Sequence record: LT603033.1
Length of the DNA stretch: 64,000 nt
Direction: 5' to 3' (one strand)
Shown here: positions 28,097 to 37,480 of the stretch, one piece after another
Layout of the letters: every line of letters begins with the position of its first letter
Numbering within the stretch: position 1 is the first letter of the stretch
Made by a program: the position numbers and the translations under genes
The notes under the pieces: generated by a model
The model's database searches: none
What the model saw: the letters and a program-made list of their open reading frames with translations, nothing else
What the model was told of the DNA's origin: nothing

Positions 28097-28492
28097 ATGC
28101 AATATAATTATCGTGAACTAGTTGAAGCGTTAGACGAAATTACCGGAAGAGATGAAGACGAAAGTTTTTCAGTTGAAGTTGAATCCGATGTTGTAGCAGT
28201 TGATGTTCTTAAGGATATTACCAAATGTCTTATTGATATTGTTGATAAGATTAAATCTGGTGAAGACCAAAAAGAAATTGTAGATAAACTACAAAAAGCC
28301 TGTGACATTTTGTCTGACATTCGATATAATGATGAAAGTACTGAAGTTGCTGATGAAGAAGTGTTGGAAGCCATTGCAGGTTGTTTTGGAACTGTAGGTA
28401 TGGGACCAACAATTGACAAAGAAGGCGTACAACACTATAATGAGCCTGGTGCACCATCTTATGCTGCACGTCAAGGTTTTGTTGGAGACTAA
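28097..28492 (+). CDS. Hypothetical acidic protein
   Basis: Operonic with the previous gene. Confidence 0.7.
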   Translation: MQYNYRELVEALDEITGRDEDESFSVEVESDVVAVDVLKDITKCLIDIVDKIKSGEDQKEIVDKLQKACDILSDIRYNDESTEVADEEVLEAIAGCFGTVGMGPTIDKEGVQHYNEPGAPSYAARQGFVGD

Positions 28493-28495
28493 TAT

Positions 28496-28876
28496 ATGTT
28501 TCCAGAACCATCACATAACAGTACTGAATATCAAAATAATGTACTTTCCAAAGTTAGGGAAGTACATGAATCAGATTCAGAAATAACAGACCGTATGCTT
28601 CTGATGTCAATTTTTGAAAATTTCAGAACTGGCGGTGGTTTACGTCTTAGCAAGTTTGGGTATGGAATTTGTAAAGAAAATAATCTTTATGAATTTACCA
28701 AAATCCCCTTGCAAAGAGAATTTAAAAGTTCTATAATGTTTACATCACTTGACAGAATATGTACTTCACCTTATTATGTTGAAGGTCAGTACATATATCT
28801 GACAGATGCAATGATAATAACTGAATTAACATTGTGTTGTGATGATTTTAAACAGTTATTTTCTATTCATATGTAA
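28496..28876 (+). CDS. Hypothetical protein
   Basis: 126 aa, operonic. Confidence 0.7.
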   Translation: MFPEPSHNSTEYQNNVLSKVREVHESDSEITDRMLLMSIFENFRTGGGLRLSKFGYGICKENNLYEFTKIPLQREFKSSIMFTSLDRICTSPYYVEGQYIYLTDAMIITELTLCCDDFKQLFSIHM

Positions 28877-28899
28877 GAAAAATGAATTAAAAATAAATG

Positions 28900-28927
28900 T
28901 TGACAAGATAGAATGATGTGATACAAT
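28900..28927 (+). promoter_or_regulatory. Promoter TTGACA-N16-TACAAT
   Basis: TTGACA 28900-28905, TGATACAAT 28919-28927. Confidence 0.85.
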
Positions 28928-28992
28928 AAGCATCAGACATAAAGTTTTCAAGCGACACAAGATGTGAGTTTGAAAAAAAAGAAAAAAAGTGA

Positions 28993-29020
28993 TTGACAAG
29001 TTGAAACGATGTGATATAAT
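28993..29020 (+). promoter_or_regulatory. Promoter TTGACA-N16-TATAAT
   Basis: TTGACA 28993-28998, TGATATAAT 29012-29020. Confidence 0.9.
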
Positions 29021-29081
29021 GTTCACATCAAGACAGCAAAGAGATTTACCTTTTAAACACACGGATGATTCATGAAGTAAC

Positions 29082-29128
29082 AAAGGAACTGATAAGTTAA
29101 ATTATTTTAACACAGTTCCTTTACTTTT
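29082..29128 (+). terminator. Hairpin/terminator-like element in the AAA-gene leader
   Basis: AAAGGAACTG (29082-29091) pairs with CAGTTCCTTT (29113-29122); inner GTTAA/TTAAC; followed by ACTTTT. Confidence 0.55.
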
Positions 29129-29189
29129 GCCCACGGATTGGCTATAATAGAAACTTAAACGATTTTATCCAACAAAAGGAAATATATAC

Positions 29190-30515
29190 ATGACTACTCA
29201 AAACGATATCCTGAACGTTAAACTGACTCCAAAGAAAGCTAAAGAAGCAATGGCACTAGCTGACATGATTCAAGATAGCCTGATGATTTGGGGTAGCCCA
29301 GGTATCGGTAAGTCTGCAATCGCTCGTCAATACGCTGATGAAAATTACCCACTGCGTAAAGATAACGTAGCTAAAATCGAGTTCATGAAACAACAAATCG
29401 AAGCTGACCCTGAAAATGCTGATCAGCTACGCCGTGAACTGGCTGCATTTGAAGCAAAACTAATCGACCAAGATACTAACTTTATCGATTTCCGTTTGTC
29501 TCAAATCGAACCAAGTGACCTTCGCGGTATTCCAGTACCAGAGAAGCTTTTCCGTAAAACTGACGGTTCTCTTCTGAAAGAATCTGAGCTTGCCGAAGCA
29601 AAAGATTATGTAGCTGAAACTGCGGTAGTATGGGCTGCACCTAAAGTTCTGAAATTGTCCGAAGATTGGAAAGGTGTTATTCTGTTTGACGAAATTAACT
29701 CTGCAATGCCTATTGTTCAGGCAGCGTCTTATCAGCTAATCCTCGACCGTTGTGTTGGTGAGATGAAGCTACCTAAGACTGCACTGATTCTTGCAGCAGG
29801 TAACCGTGAAACTGATGGCGGTGTAACTTTCTCTCTTGCTACACCACTGCGTGACCGTATGACTCACATTGAGATGATTCCTTATCATCAAGATTGGATT
29901 AACGATTATGCGATTGCAAAACGTTTGAACCCAGCAACTGTTGCGTTCATCAACAACACTGGTTCTAAGTACTTTAACACACTTAGTCCACAAGATCCTT
30001 CTCACAGTGGTGGTACTTCTCCACGTTCATGGGAAGCAGTAGCACGCTACGAAGATCTCAAGAAAACTAAGACAATTGATAAAGAAGTGTTCCGTGCAAT
30101 GATTGCTGGTCGTGTTGGTGAAGGTGTTGCAACTGAATACATTGAGTACGTTGAGAACGTTGCTAAACTACCAGATACTATGTCTATTCTGTCTGGTGAA
30201 ATCAAAGAAATCGACGCAACGCTGGATATTTCTGCGAACTACTTTATCACTCTGAACTTGGTTTATAAAATTATCGACCTGTTCAATGAGAAGCAAGAAC
30301 AACGTCTACCAGTGGAAGAATGGGGTAAACTGTGTAACAACTTCATCACCTTCCTAGACCATAACTTCTCTGCAACTCAAGCAGAACTGGCAGTACTGGC
30401 AATTCGTACCATCACGCTTCATAAGGTTGCGATTTCCATTAAAGATGTACCAGCGTTTAAAGATTTCATCGCTAAGTACTCTGAACTTGTACGTAAAGCA
30501 CGCTCTCTTGGCTAA
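29190..30515 (+). CDS. MoxR-type AAA+ ATPase
   Basis: Walker A GSPGIGKS, RLSQIEPSDLRG, Walker B ILFDE, ILAAGNR, PLRDRM.H, SPRSWE. Confidence 0.9.
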   Translation: MTTQNDILNVKLTPKKAKEAMALADMIQDSLMIWGSPGIGKSAIARQYADENYPLRKDNVAKIEFMKQQIEADPENADQLRRELAAFEAKLIDQDTNFIDFRLSQIEPSDLRGIPVPEKLFRKTDGSLLKESELAEAKDYVAETAVVWAAPKVLKLSEDWKGVILFDEINSAMPIVQAASYQLILDRCVGEMKLPKTALILAAGNRETDGGVTFSLATPLRDRMTHIEMIPYHQDWINDYAIAKRLNPATVAFINNTGSKYFNTLSPQDPSHSGGTSPRSWEAVARYEDLKKTKTIDKEVFRAMIAGRVGEGVATEYIEYVENVAKLPDTMSILSGEIKEIDATLDISANYFITLNLVYKIIDLFNEKQEQRLPVEEWGKLCNNFITFLDHNFSATQAELAVLAIRTITLHKVAISIKDVPAFKDFIAKYSELVRKARSLG

Positions 30516-30529
30516 TTAACAAAGAGTTG

Positions 30530-30564
30530 TTGACAAGAAGGATGCCTAATGGTATCCTTCTTTT
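30530..30564 (+). terminator. Terminator hairpin overlapping a TTGACA-N17-TATCCT promoter-like site
   Basis: GAAGGAT / ATCCTTC stem plus TTTT; TTGACA 30530-30535. Confidence 0.6.
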
Positions 30565-30589
30565 ATCTTAACTAAACGAGGAAATATAC

Positions 30590-32014
30590 ATGTCAGATAA
30601 CAAATCTACTTCAAGATTCAATGAAGTATCTCCGGCACTCCAGAAAGAATGTCAAGAACGTCTGGTTCTGGCTCGTACATCTTTGATGTTAACTGCACCA
30701 TTCTTTGGTGTACTCGCTTCACGTTTACGTCCAGTTCCTAATAATACATGGTGTCGTACTCTAGCAGTGGATGGTAAACATCTATTCTACAACGTAGAAT
30801 TTGTAATGGGCATTCAAGACCCATCTAAAAAGAAAGAATATGAAGAAGCTATTCGTGAAAAGCACCCTGAAGTTACAGACGAACAATTAAAAGAAATGAC
30901 TGAAGGTTTGACTGATGAAAACCTTGTTGCTGTAATTTGTCATGAAATTCTACACTGTGCTTACGATCACTTCCTTCGTCGTGGTATGCGTGATCCACAA
31001 CGTTATAACCGTGCAGCGGATTATGCCATTAACCAAATCATCGTTCGTGAGAAAATTGGAAAAATCCAAAGTTCATGGTTGTATGATAAAAAATATGAAG
31101 GTATGACCGCAGAAGAGATTTACATTCTTCTTGAAGAAGAAGAACAAAAAGAAGATGGTGAAGGTGAAGGTCAACCACAAAGTGGTGGTGGCGAAGGTGA
31201 AGGTAAAAATCGCGGTACTTTTGGCGATATTAAAGATGGTAAGGGTAAACCAAAAGGTACTACCATTGACCAGCATGACGTTCCACAAGAAGGTCAAGAG
31301 GGTGGTTCAAGTGAACAGCAAAAACGTGATTACATGGATGATTTCAAAACAGCAATGATGAATGCTGCTCGTGCAGGTGGTACACCAGCAGAAATCGCTC
31401 GTATGATTAACAACTTTAAAGAACCAAAGATTGACTGGCGTTCAAAACTTCAACGTACACTTCGTAGTTGGTTGAAGTCTGATGCAACATATCAAAATCC
31501 GAATCGTCGTTCTTGGGGTGCAGGTTTTGGTTCTAATGGTTCATTCTATGGTAATCCAATTTACCCAGGGATGAAACCAGATGATGATATTGATATTGCG
31601 ATTGCACTAGATGCTTCTGGGTCTATTTCTGAAGATATGCTTCGTGATTTCATTAGTGAAGTTCTTGGCATCACTAAACAATTCAAACAGTTTAAGATTC
31701 GTATCATGACTTTTGATACTGAAGTTTATACTGTAAAGGATTACAAAACTGGCGAAGAACGTAAGATTCTGGAATATCCAGTAAAAGGTGGTGGTGGTAC
31801 TGACTTTGAAGCAGTATGGGTTCATATGAAGAACGACAACTACAAGCCTAAACAGCTTGTGATGTTTACTGATGGTGAACCGTGGCAGTCATGGGGTGAT
31901 CCAAACTACTGTAAAACACTGTTCGTGATTCACAGTAACCCAAATAAAGTTGCACCATTTGGTGAGACTGTACACTACGAATATGAAGCTGATAAAAAGC
32001 GTCAACGTAGTTAA
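30590..32014 (+). CDS. Putative metallopeptidase plus vWA domain protein (DUF2201-type), MoxR partner
   Basis: TLAVDG, HEILH zinc motif, N.AAD.AIN, Gly/Glu linker, vWA MIDAS DASGS, GGGGTDF, MFTDG. Confidence 0.9.
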   Translation: MSDNKSTSRFNEVSPALQKECQERLVLARTSLMLTAPFFGVLASRLRPVPNNTWCRTLAVDGKHLFYNVEFVMGIQDPSKKKEYEEAIREKHPEVTDEQLKEMTEGLTDENLVAVICHEILHCAYDHFLRRGMRDPQRYNRAADYAINQIIVREKIGKIQSSWLYDKKYEGMTAEEIYILLEEEEQKEDGEGEGQPQSGGGEGEGKNRGTFGDIKDGKGKPKGTTIDQHDVPQEGQEGGSSEQQKRDYMDDFKTAMMNAARAGGTPAEIARMINNFKEPKIDWRSKLQRTLRSWLKSDATYQNPNRRSWGAGFGSNGSFYGNPIYPGMKPDDDIDIAIALDASGSISEDMLRDFISEVLGITKQFKQFKIRIMTFDTEVYTVKDYKTGEERKILEYPVKGGGGTDFEAVWVHMKNDNYKPKQLVMFTDGEPWQSWGDPNYCKTLFVIHSNPNKVAPFGETVHYEYEADKKRQRS

Positions 32015-32026
32015 GTACTAAATAAT

Positions 32027-32055
32027 GAGAACGGAAAATTCCGTTCTCTTCTTTT
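32027..32055 (+). terminator. Rho-independent terminator
   Basis: GAGAACGGA / TCCGTTCTC plus T-rich tail. Confidence 0.85.
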
Positions 32056-32061
32056 ATAAGT

Positions 32062-32089
32062 GGGACAACTTATAAAAATATGATATAAT
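32062..32089 (+). promoter_or_regulatory. Promoter GGGACA-N16-TATAAT
   Basis: GGGACA 32062-32067, TGATATAAT 32081-32089. Confidence 0.7.
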
Positions 32090-32108
32090 AGTTAATGTAC
32101 CAATATAC

Positions 32109-32369
32109 ATGGAGAGTATTAAAATGGAACAAGAAAATAATCAAATTCAACTAACCCTTCTAGACCTAATCAATGCTGCAAAAATCATGGAAGCTGCTGT
32201 TGCACGAAACACCTTTAAAGTTGAAGAACTTGTTGAGGTTGCTCCAGTTGTATCTAAATTTGTTTCTTTTGCAAATGTAGCTCTTGAAGATATTAAAGCA
32301 CAAGAAGATGCAGCTAAAGAAGAAGCTGAATCACAAGATAGTGAAACTCAAGAAGATAAAGGAGAATAA
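32109..32369 (+). CDS. Hypothetical protein (start possibly 32124)
   Basis: GGAGAG precedes ATG 32124; helical and acidic. Confidence 0.75.
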   Translation: MESIKMEQENNQIQLTLLDLINAAKIMEAAVARNTFKVEELVEVAPVVSKFVSFANVALEDIKAQEDAAKEEAESQDSETQEDKGE

Positions 32370-32371
32370 TT

Positions 32372-33028
32372 ATGGCAGCTATTCGTCATGTTGGTGTAAT
32401 GCGTAATACAGGTTCTCGTGTTTTTGTTGTTTGGCGTTCACTACCAGATGATCCTGAACACTGCCTTATCGTTTATCGTGATTCACTACCAGAAGCATAT
32501 GTACACGCAGTAACTGATATTGTTATGGGTCATGGTCAATCTAATATTGATTTGTGGGAAGTAATGCATAAAATTGGTTATCTCGATGGACGCAAAATGC
32601 TAGATGTTCTACACAACATGCAGCATCTACGTCGCGTTCGTACTTGTGATATTGATATGCACACTGGTGGTAATAATAAAATTTCTCTTGATGTTCTAAA
32701 CAAAGCATTAGATGAAAATCAAGCGAAAGTACAAGAAGATGGTAAAGTAAAAGACTTTAACCCATTCAATCCACAAGAAGCAGACACTAAAGTAGAAGAA
32801 GCTACTATTGTAGAACAACTTCTCACTGATGCACAAAAATATGAAAAACTGGCTAAAGAACATTATGAACGTGCATACAATTTAGAGCCAAGCTTGCGTC
32901 CGCAAACACAAGTTGTTGAACAACCGAAAGATAGTAAAACAATTTATCTAGAAATTCCAGAAGGTATTTCACAGACTAAAGCTATTGAGAAAGTAAAACA
33001 ACTATTTGCAGAACGTAAAGCAAAATAA
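32372..33028 (+). CDS. Hypothetical protein
   Basis: RBS AAGGAG; 218 aa. Confidence 0.8.
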   Translation: MAAIRHVGVMRNTGSRVFVVWRSLPDDPEHCLIVYRDSLPEAYVHAVTDIVMGHGQSNIDLWEVMHKIGYLDGRKMLDVLHNMQHLRRVRTCDIDMHTGGNNKISLDVLNKALDENQAKVQEDGKVKDFNPFNPQEADTKVEEATIVEQLLTDAQKYEKLAKEHYERAYNLEPSLRPQTQVVEQPKDSKTIYLEIPEGISQTKAIEKVKQLFAERKAK

Positions 33029-33031
33029 AAT

Positions 33032-33625
33032 ATGAAAAAGAATGAATTAGATGAAGCAATTAAAGGTTTATCTAATGTATGTTTTAGTGGCGGGGCAGCA
33101 GGTGCTGACCGCCTTTTTTCTATCTATGCAAAAAATAATGGATTTGAAGTTATTAATTTTTCATTCAAAGGTCATGAGCATAGTGTAGATGAAAGTACTA
33201 TATTAGAAATACCATCCAATATTCTATCTGATATTTCTATATTAAATCAACTAAACATTGCATGTTACTCGTTGCAGCGAAAAGTACCAAAGCCAGGTTC
33301 TTATGTTTACAACTTACTTGCAAGGAATAGTTATCAGATACTTAATACAGAAAGAATATATTGTATTGCAAATATCACATCACCAACTAAGGTAAGTGGT
33401 GGTACTGCATGGGCAGTACAGATGTATATGGATTCAGTTGAAAATCCTGAAATTTATTGTTATGATATGAATTCACGTTCAGTATTTTATTTCGATACAG
33501 TACTGAAAGAGTTCACACAAACATTCGTCGTTCCAGCACCACATGGTAACTGGACTGGTATTGGTTCACGCAATGCCACAGAAAAACATATGGAACATTT
33601 TATTACATTTTTCAAGGAAGAATAA
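33032..33625 (+). CDS. SLOG-superfamily (YspA/DprA/LOG-like Rossmannoid) protein
   Basis: FSGGAAGAD, LLARN, SGGTAWAV motifs. Confidence 0.65.
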   Translation: MKKNELDEAIKGLSNVCFSGGAAGADRLFSIYAKNNGFEVINFSFKGHEHSVDESTILEIPSNILSDISILNQLNIACYSLQRKVPKPGSYVYNLLARNSYQILNTERIYCIANITSPTKVSGGTAWAVQMYMDSVENPEIYCYDMNSRSVFYFDTVLKEFTQTFVVPAPHGNWTGIGSRNATEKHMEHFITFFKEE

Positions 33626-34554
33626 TGAAACAACTACAAGAACTATATCAAAAAATTCTAGATGAAGGCGTAGAAAGCGTTGACCGTACTGGTGTTGGAA
33701 CAATCAAACTTATCGGTCAACAAATGCGTTTTGACCTTAAAGATGGTTTCCCAGCAGTGACGACAAAACGTCTAGCTTGGAAAGCAATGACTTCAGAATT
33801 ACTATGGTTTATTGAAGGTTCCCATGATGAGCGTCGCCTTTGTGAAATTTTGCATGGAACTCGTGATACAGAAAAGAAAACTATTTGGACAGATAATTAC
33901 CTAAATCAAGGTGTTGCTCTTGGTTATACTGATGGTGAGTTAGGTCCAGTGTATGGTAAGCAATGGCGTGAATGGGAAGATTATAAATTTAGTTCCAGTA
34001 CTGAAGAAATTCAAGAATTAAAAGATAAAGGATACAAAGTTATCGATTATACTGGTTCACATGGTGTTGTTATGAAACGTACAACTGACCAATTACAGGA
34101 ACTAATCAATGGTATAAATTCCGATCCATATGGTCGTCGCCATATTCTAAGTGCATGGAACGTTGGTGAGCTTGATGATATGACGTTGCCACCTTGTCAT
34201 AGCTTTGTACAATTTTGTGTAGTACAAGGGAAACTAAGCTGCATTCTACATCAAAGATCCGCTGATCTATTTTTGGGAGTTCCATTTAATATCAGTAGTT
34301 ATTCACTACTAACTCATATGATTGCACAAATTACGGGTTTAGATGTTGGTGAATTTATTTGGAATGGTGGTGATTGCCACATTTATAAAAACCACGTTGA
34401 ACAAGTAAAAGAACAACTACAGAGAAAACCTCGTGAATTACCTGAATTATGGCTTGATCCTACAATTACTAATATTGAAGATTTCACAATGGATTCTTTC
34501 AAATTAGTGAATTACAATCCAATGCCAACAATTAAAGCACCGATGGCTGTATAA
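33625..34554 (+). CDS. thyA: Thymidylate synthase
   Basis: DRTGVGT, FPAVTTK, ELLWFIEG, RRHILSAWNV, LPPCH, QRSADLFLGVPFNI, DCHIYKNH. Uninterrupted. Confidence 0.98.
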   Translation: MKQLQELYQKILDEGVESVDRTGVGTIKLIGQQMRFDLKDGFPAVTTKRLAWKAMTSELLWFIEGSHDERRLCEILHGTRDTEKKTIWTDNYLNQGVALGYTDGELGPVYGKQWREWEDYKFSSSTEEIQELKDKGYKVIDYTGSHGVVMKRTTDQLQELINGINSDPYGRRHILSAWNVGELDDMTLPPCHSFVQFCVVQGKLSCILHQRSADLFLGVPFNISSYSLLTHMIAQITGLDVGEFIWNGGDCHIYKNHVEQVKEQLQRKPRELPELWLDPTITNIEDFTMDSFKLVNYNPMPTIKAPMAV

Positions 34555-34557
34555 AAG

Positions 34558-34587
34558 AAAAGGGAGAACTGATGTTCTCCCTTTTTT
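34558..34587. terminator. Bidirectional terminator between convergent blocks
   Basis: AAAAGGGAGAAC / GTTCTCCCTTTTTT. Confidence 0.9.
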
Positions 34588-34588
34588 A

Positions 34589-36553
34589 TTATCTAATTGT
34601 TACCAATGTTCTTCCGTCGAAACGTACATCAGGTGTTGAAGGTATACTGAACACTACGTTAGTGCCGTTAAACGTCACGCTATCGACCTCAACACGAGTA
34701 TAGACACCAGGACTAACCTGTTCCTGTATCTCTGCTGTGACGATGTTTGAGGCTGTTACAGTAAGGGTGTAGTAGTTACCACTTAAGACCCAAGATGAAA
34801 TGGTAAAAGCATCGGTTTTCACTGAACCTGAACCAATTGGAACCCATTGACCTTGAACTTTTTGCATTGAAGTACGCTCGGTATTGGAGTATGCAATCAT
34901 ACCATCAACGCCAACAGAGTTATCAATAGTAGCTAGTACAGGTAATTGGATACCATATCTATTAAAACGTGTTCTTATAGTTCCATTATCATAGATACTT
35001 ACATCAGCATAATTACCCATTGATAGTTTTAAATCAGAACTAACTAATTGGATTGTACTTTGATTAGTAGCACTTTCTAATGTAATTATACCATTAGCTA
35101 ATAGATTTATATTTTTAAATTTATTAGTTGTTCCATTAAAATTAGTATTAGCTGTAAAAGTACTAACACCATTAACTGTAATGGTATCTGATGCAGCATC
35201 ACCTAATGTGGTATTACCTTGAATGTTCAAATTACCACTAGCAGTTATATTACTAGCTGATGTATCCCCAGTTAATGTACTTGTACCATCAACAACAATA
35301 TTACCATGAAACGCACTTTCGCCATTTTTAAATTCAACTTGAACTTTATTCATTGAACTAAATGAAATAATATTACTACTAGCACTTAATCCCACATTAG
35401 TATTAGTTGCATTATCAAATCTTAGTACTGGCGTTGATGCAGGTGTTGATGTTGATTGATATAATGTTAGTGTTGAATTATTAATTCGAACACGTTCTGT
35501 ACCAGAAGTGCTGAACCCAATTGCATCATCGGCTGGATGAAATATACCAGTATTAGCATCGGACCACTTAGTTGGGTCATTACCTGGGTTATTCGTTGGG
35601 TCAAACGGATTATTGTTAAATGTCAATGCTGGTGCTGCTGCACTTCCATACACCACCCCAAAACGCCCAGAGCCGTCTGTTCCATCATTATACATGGAAT
35701 CACCAGTTCTACGTAAACACTCAATCACAACGTTATCTATGGATGTTTGAACGGTCCCTGCGTTTGTCCTAAATTGACGATGATTTGCAATCATTACAGT
35801 ATTGTCATATAATACTGAAGCAGCGGAAATGCTTGTTCTTGACTGGCGTAGACGTATGTTTTTATCTTCAGTTATAATAATCCAATCACCATCTGATAGT
35901 GCGGTTTGGTTCATTGGAACACCTGAAGCAAATGGTTTGGTTAAGTCAGCATCTGTTGCTAAATTTTTAAGACCATCATGACCAGTACTCGGAATAGATG
36001 CAGGAATAATTCTAGCGAAAGCGTATGTTACTAGTTTAGCACCAGATATATTTGGATTAGAGTCAACATAATATAAAATTTCAATCCAATTACCTTGTCC
36101 AGTTGGATTTGTAGGAGTAAATGTAACAGGACTTGTTTGTGGATTATTTGCTTCATAATGGGCTTGTGCGGCATCCATAATACCACGAACAACATAATAA
36201 TCACCATTTAGTGATGCTGCTGGTGCTGGTAGTGGAGTTTGTGCTAAAGGTGGATCAATATCATCTGGAATAGGATTATATGTACCAACAAATTGTAAAC
36301 CACTAGTTACTGAATCTGGTAATTGGGAAGTAAGAAGTTTACCATTTGCATCTAAGTTTGCAAAACGGCGATATGCCATAGTACCATCTTCAAAATCCAG
36401 AACACCTTCAAACGATTTCCATTCCTTATTGTATCTAATCATCCCTGATCTTATTACATCAGCGGTTTCTTTTGATGGTGCTTTCGGTAACTCTAAAAAA
36501 GATTTACTATCGATAATTACACCACCATCACCTCTAATTCGATTTATACTCAT
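34589..36553 (-). CDS. Virion fibre/baseplate-associated structural protein
   Basis: 654 aa, G/S/T/N-rich, beta-repeat segment (AFHGNIVVDGTSTLTG) like the 1841-aa fibre; late-like motif upstream. Confidence 0.7.
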   Translation of the reverse strand: MSINRIRGDGGVIIDSKSFLELPKAPSKETADVIRSGMIRYNKEWKSFEGVLDFEDGTMAYRRFANLDANGKLLTSQLPDSVTSGLQFVGTYNPIPDDIDPPLAQTPLPAPAASLNGDYYVVRGIMDAAQAHYEANNPQTSPVTFTPTNPTGQGNWIEILYYVDSNPNISGAKLVTYAFARIIPASIPSTGHDGLKNLATDADLTKPFASGVPMNQTALSDGDWIIITEDKNIRLRQSRTSISAASVLYDNTVMIANHRQFRTNAGTVQTSIDNVVIECLRRTGDSMYNDGTDGSGRFGVVYGSAAAPALTFNNNPFDPTNNPGNDPTKWSDANTGIFHPADDAIGFSTSGTERVRINNSTLTLYQSTSTPASTPVLRFDNATNTNVGLSASSNIISFSSMNKVQVEFKNGESAFHGNIVVDGTSTLTGDTSASNITASGNLNIQGNTTLGDAASDTITVNGVSTFTANTNFNGTTNKFKNINLLANGIITLESATNQSTIQLVSSDLKLSMGNYADVSIYDNGTIRTRFNRYGIQLPVLATIDNSVGVDGMIAYSNTERTSMQKVQGQWVPIGSGSVKTDAFTISSWVLSGNYYTLTVTASNIVTAEIQEQVSPGVYTRVEVDSVTFNGTNVVFSIPSTPDVRFDGRTLVTIR

Positions 36554-36600
36554 TTAAATATTTCCTCAGAATAGATTTATATGATGTATTTATTTTAGTT

Positions 36601-36631
36601 AAAAGAAAAGGCCAAGCATAGGCTTGACCTT
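36601..36631 (-). terminator. Rho-independent terminator on the minus strand
   Basis: Minus strand AAGGTCAAGC / GCTTGGCCTT followed by TTCTTTT. Confidence 0.7.
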
Positions 36632-36636
36632 AAAAA

Positions 36637-37416
36637 TTAACGTATACGTTCAGGAATATCAATACCTTCATATACCCAAATTGCAGCTTGTTGTGCTTTA
36701 TAAATTGCATCAGGATCTAAATCATCAACTGCATCAATTGCAGCACACTGTTTGTCACATTCCGAAAACAATTGTTCAATCATTGCAAATGATTCAGTAT
36801 ATAGTTGAGTCATTTCAGCAGCAGATAATTTTATAATTGCGTCATCAAGAAAAATAGAAACACTTTCAGAGCCTGAAGTAACTTGTGTATAATAATTAAG
36901 AAGCATTTGACGACCAGACATATCAGTACTGTAACGATGACCATTGAACATATAACCAGAATTCATACGATTTGTACGTTCTGATATAGTTCTTGCTTTT
37001 AAATCAGCTTTAACATCTGCTATTGGCATATCAATATAATGATATGTTTTAAGAACAGTTAGTGCTTTATATTCTTCGGTAGCGTCTTCTAAAAATTCAA
37101 CAATAGGTTGATTTTCATCTTTTAATTTAATAAACTCCAACGGTTGTTCAATAGCATTAACATTTCCAACATTTTTATACACTAACCACCAAAAACCTTC
37201 TTCTTTTCTAACAGCATCATTAGGTTCTACTGGGGAACCATCTTTACTTGAAATACCATAAAGAGTTCTAATATCACTATAAAGATAACGATAGGTTTGT
37301 GGATCTTCTGGTGTTGCACCAGGACGTTCTTTAAGTCCTTTTACACCAATTGGATTGGAAATAATGTTTCCCAATTCATAATTTTCTTTTGAATTTCCTT
37401 TCACATATGTGAACAT
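36637..37416 (-). CDS. DUF4376-like tail-fibre-associated protein
   Basis: ERTNRMNSGYMFNGHRYSTD...RQ and QLFSE..KQCAAIDA pattern; lies directly downstream of the long fibre gene. Confidence 0.6.
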   Translation of the reverse strand: MFTYVKGNSKENYELGNIISNPIGVKGLKERPGATPEDPQTYRYLYSDIRTLYGISSKDGSPVEPNDAVRKEEGFWWLVYKNVGNVNAIEQPLEFIKLKDENQPIVEFLEDATEEYKALTVLKTYHYIDMPIADVKADLKARTISERTNRMNSGYMFNGHRYSTDMSGRQMLLNYYTQVTSGSESVSIFLDDAIIKLSAAEMTQLYTESFAMIEQLFSECDKQCAAIDAVDDLDPDAIYKAQQAAIWVYEGIDIPERIR

Positions 37417-37480
37417 ATAACTACCTCACTTGTTATGATGGTGTCACCCAAAATGAGTGACACCTTTATTATTATAATTA

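Noticed and set aside
33625-34554. T4-type td intron in thymidylate synthase
   Set aside because: The ORF is continuous with all motifs in one frame.
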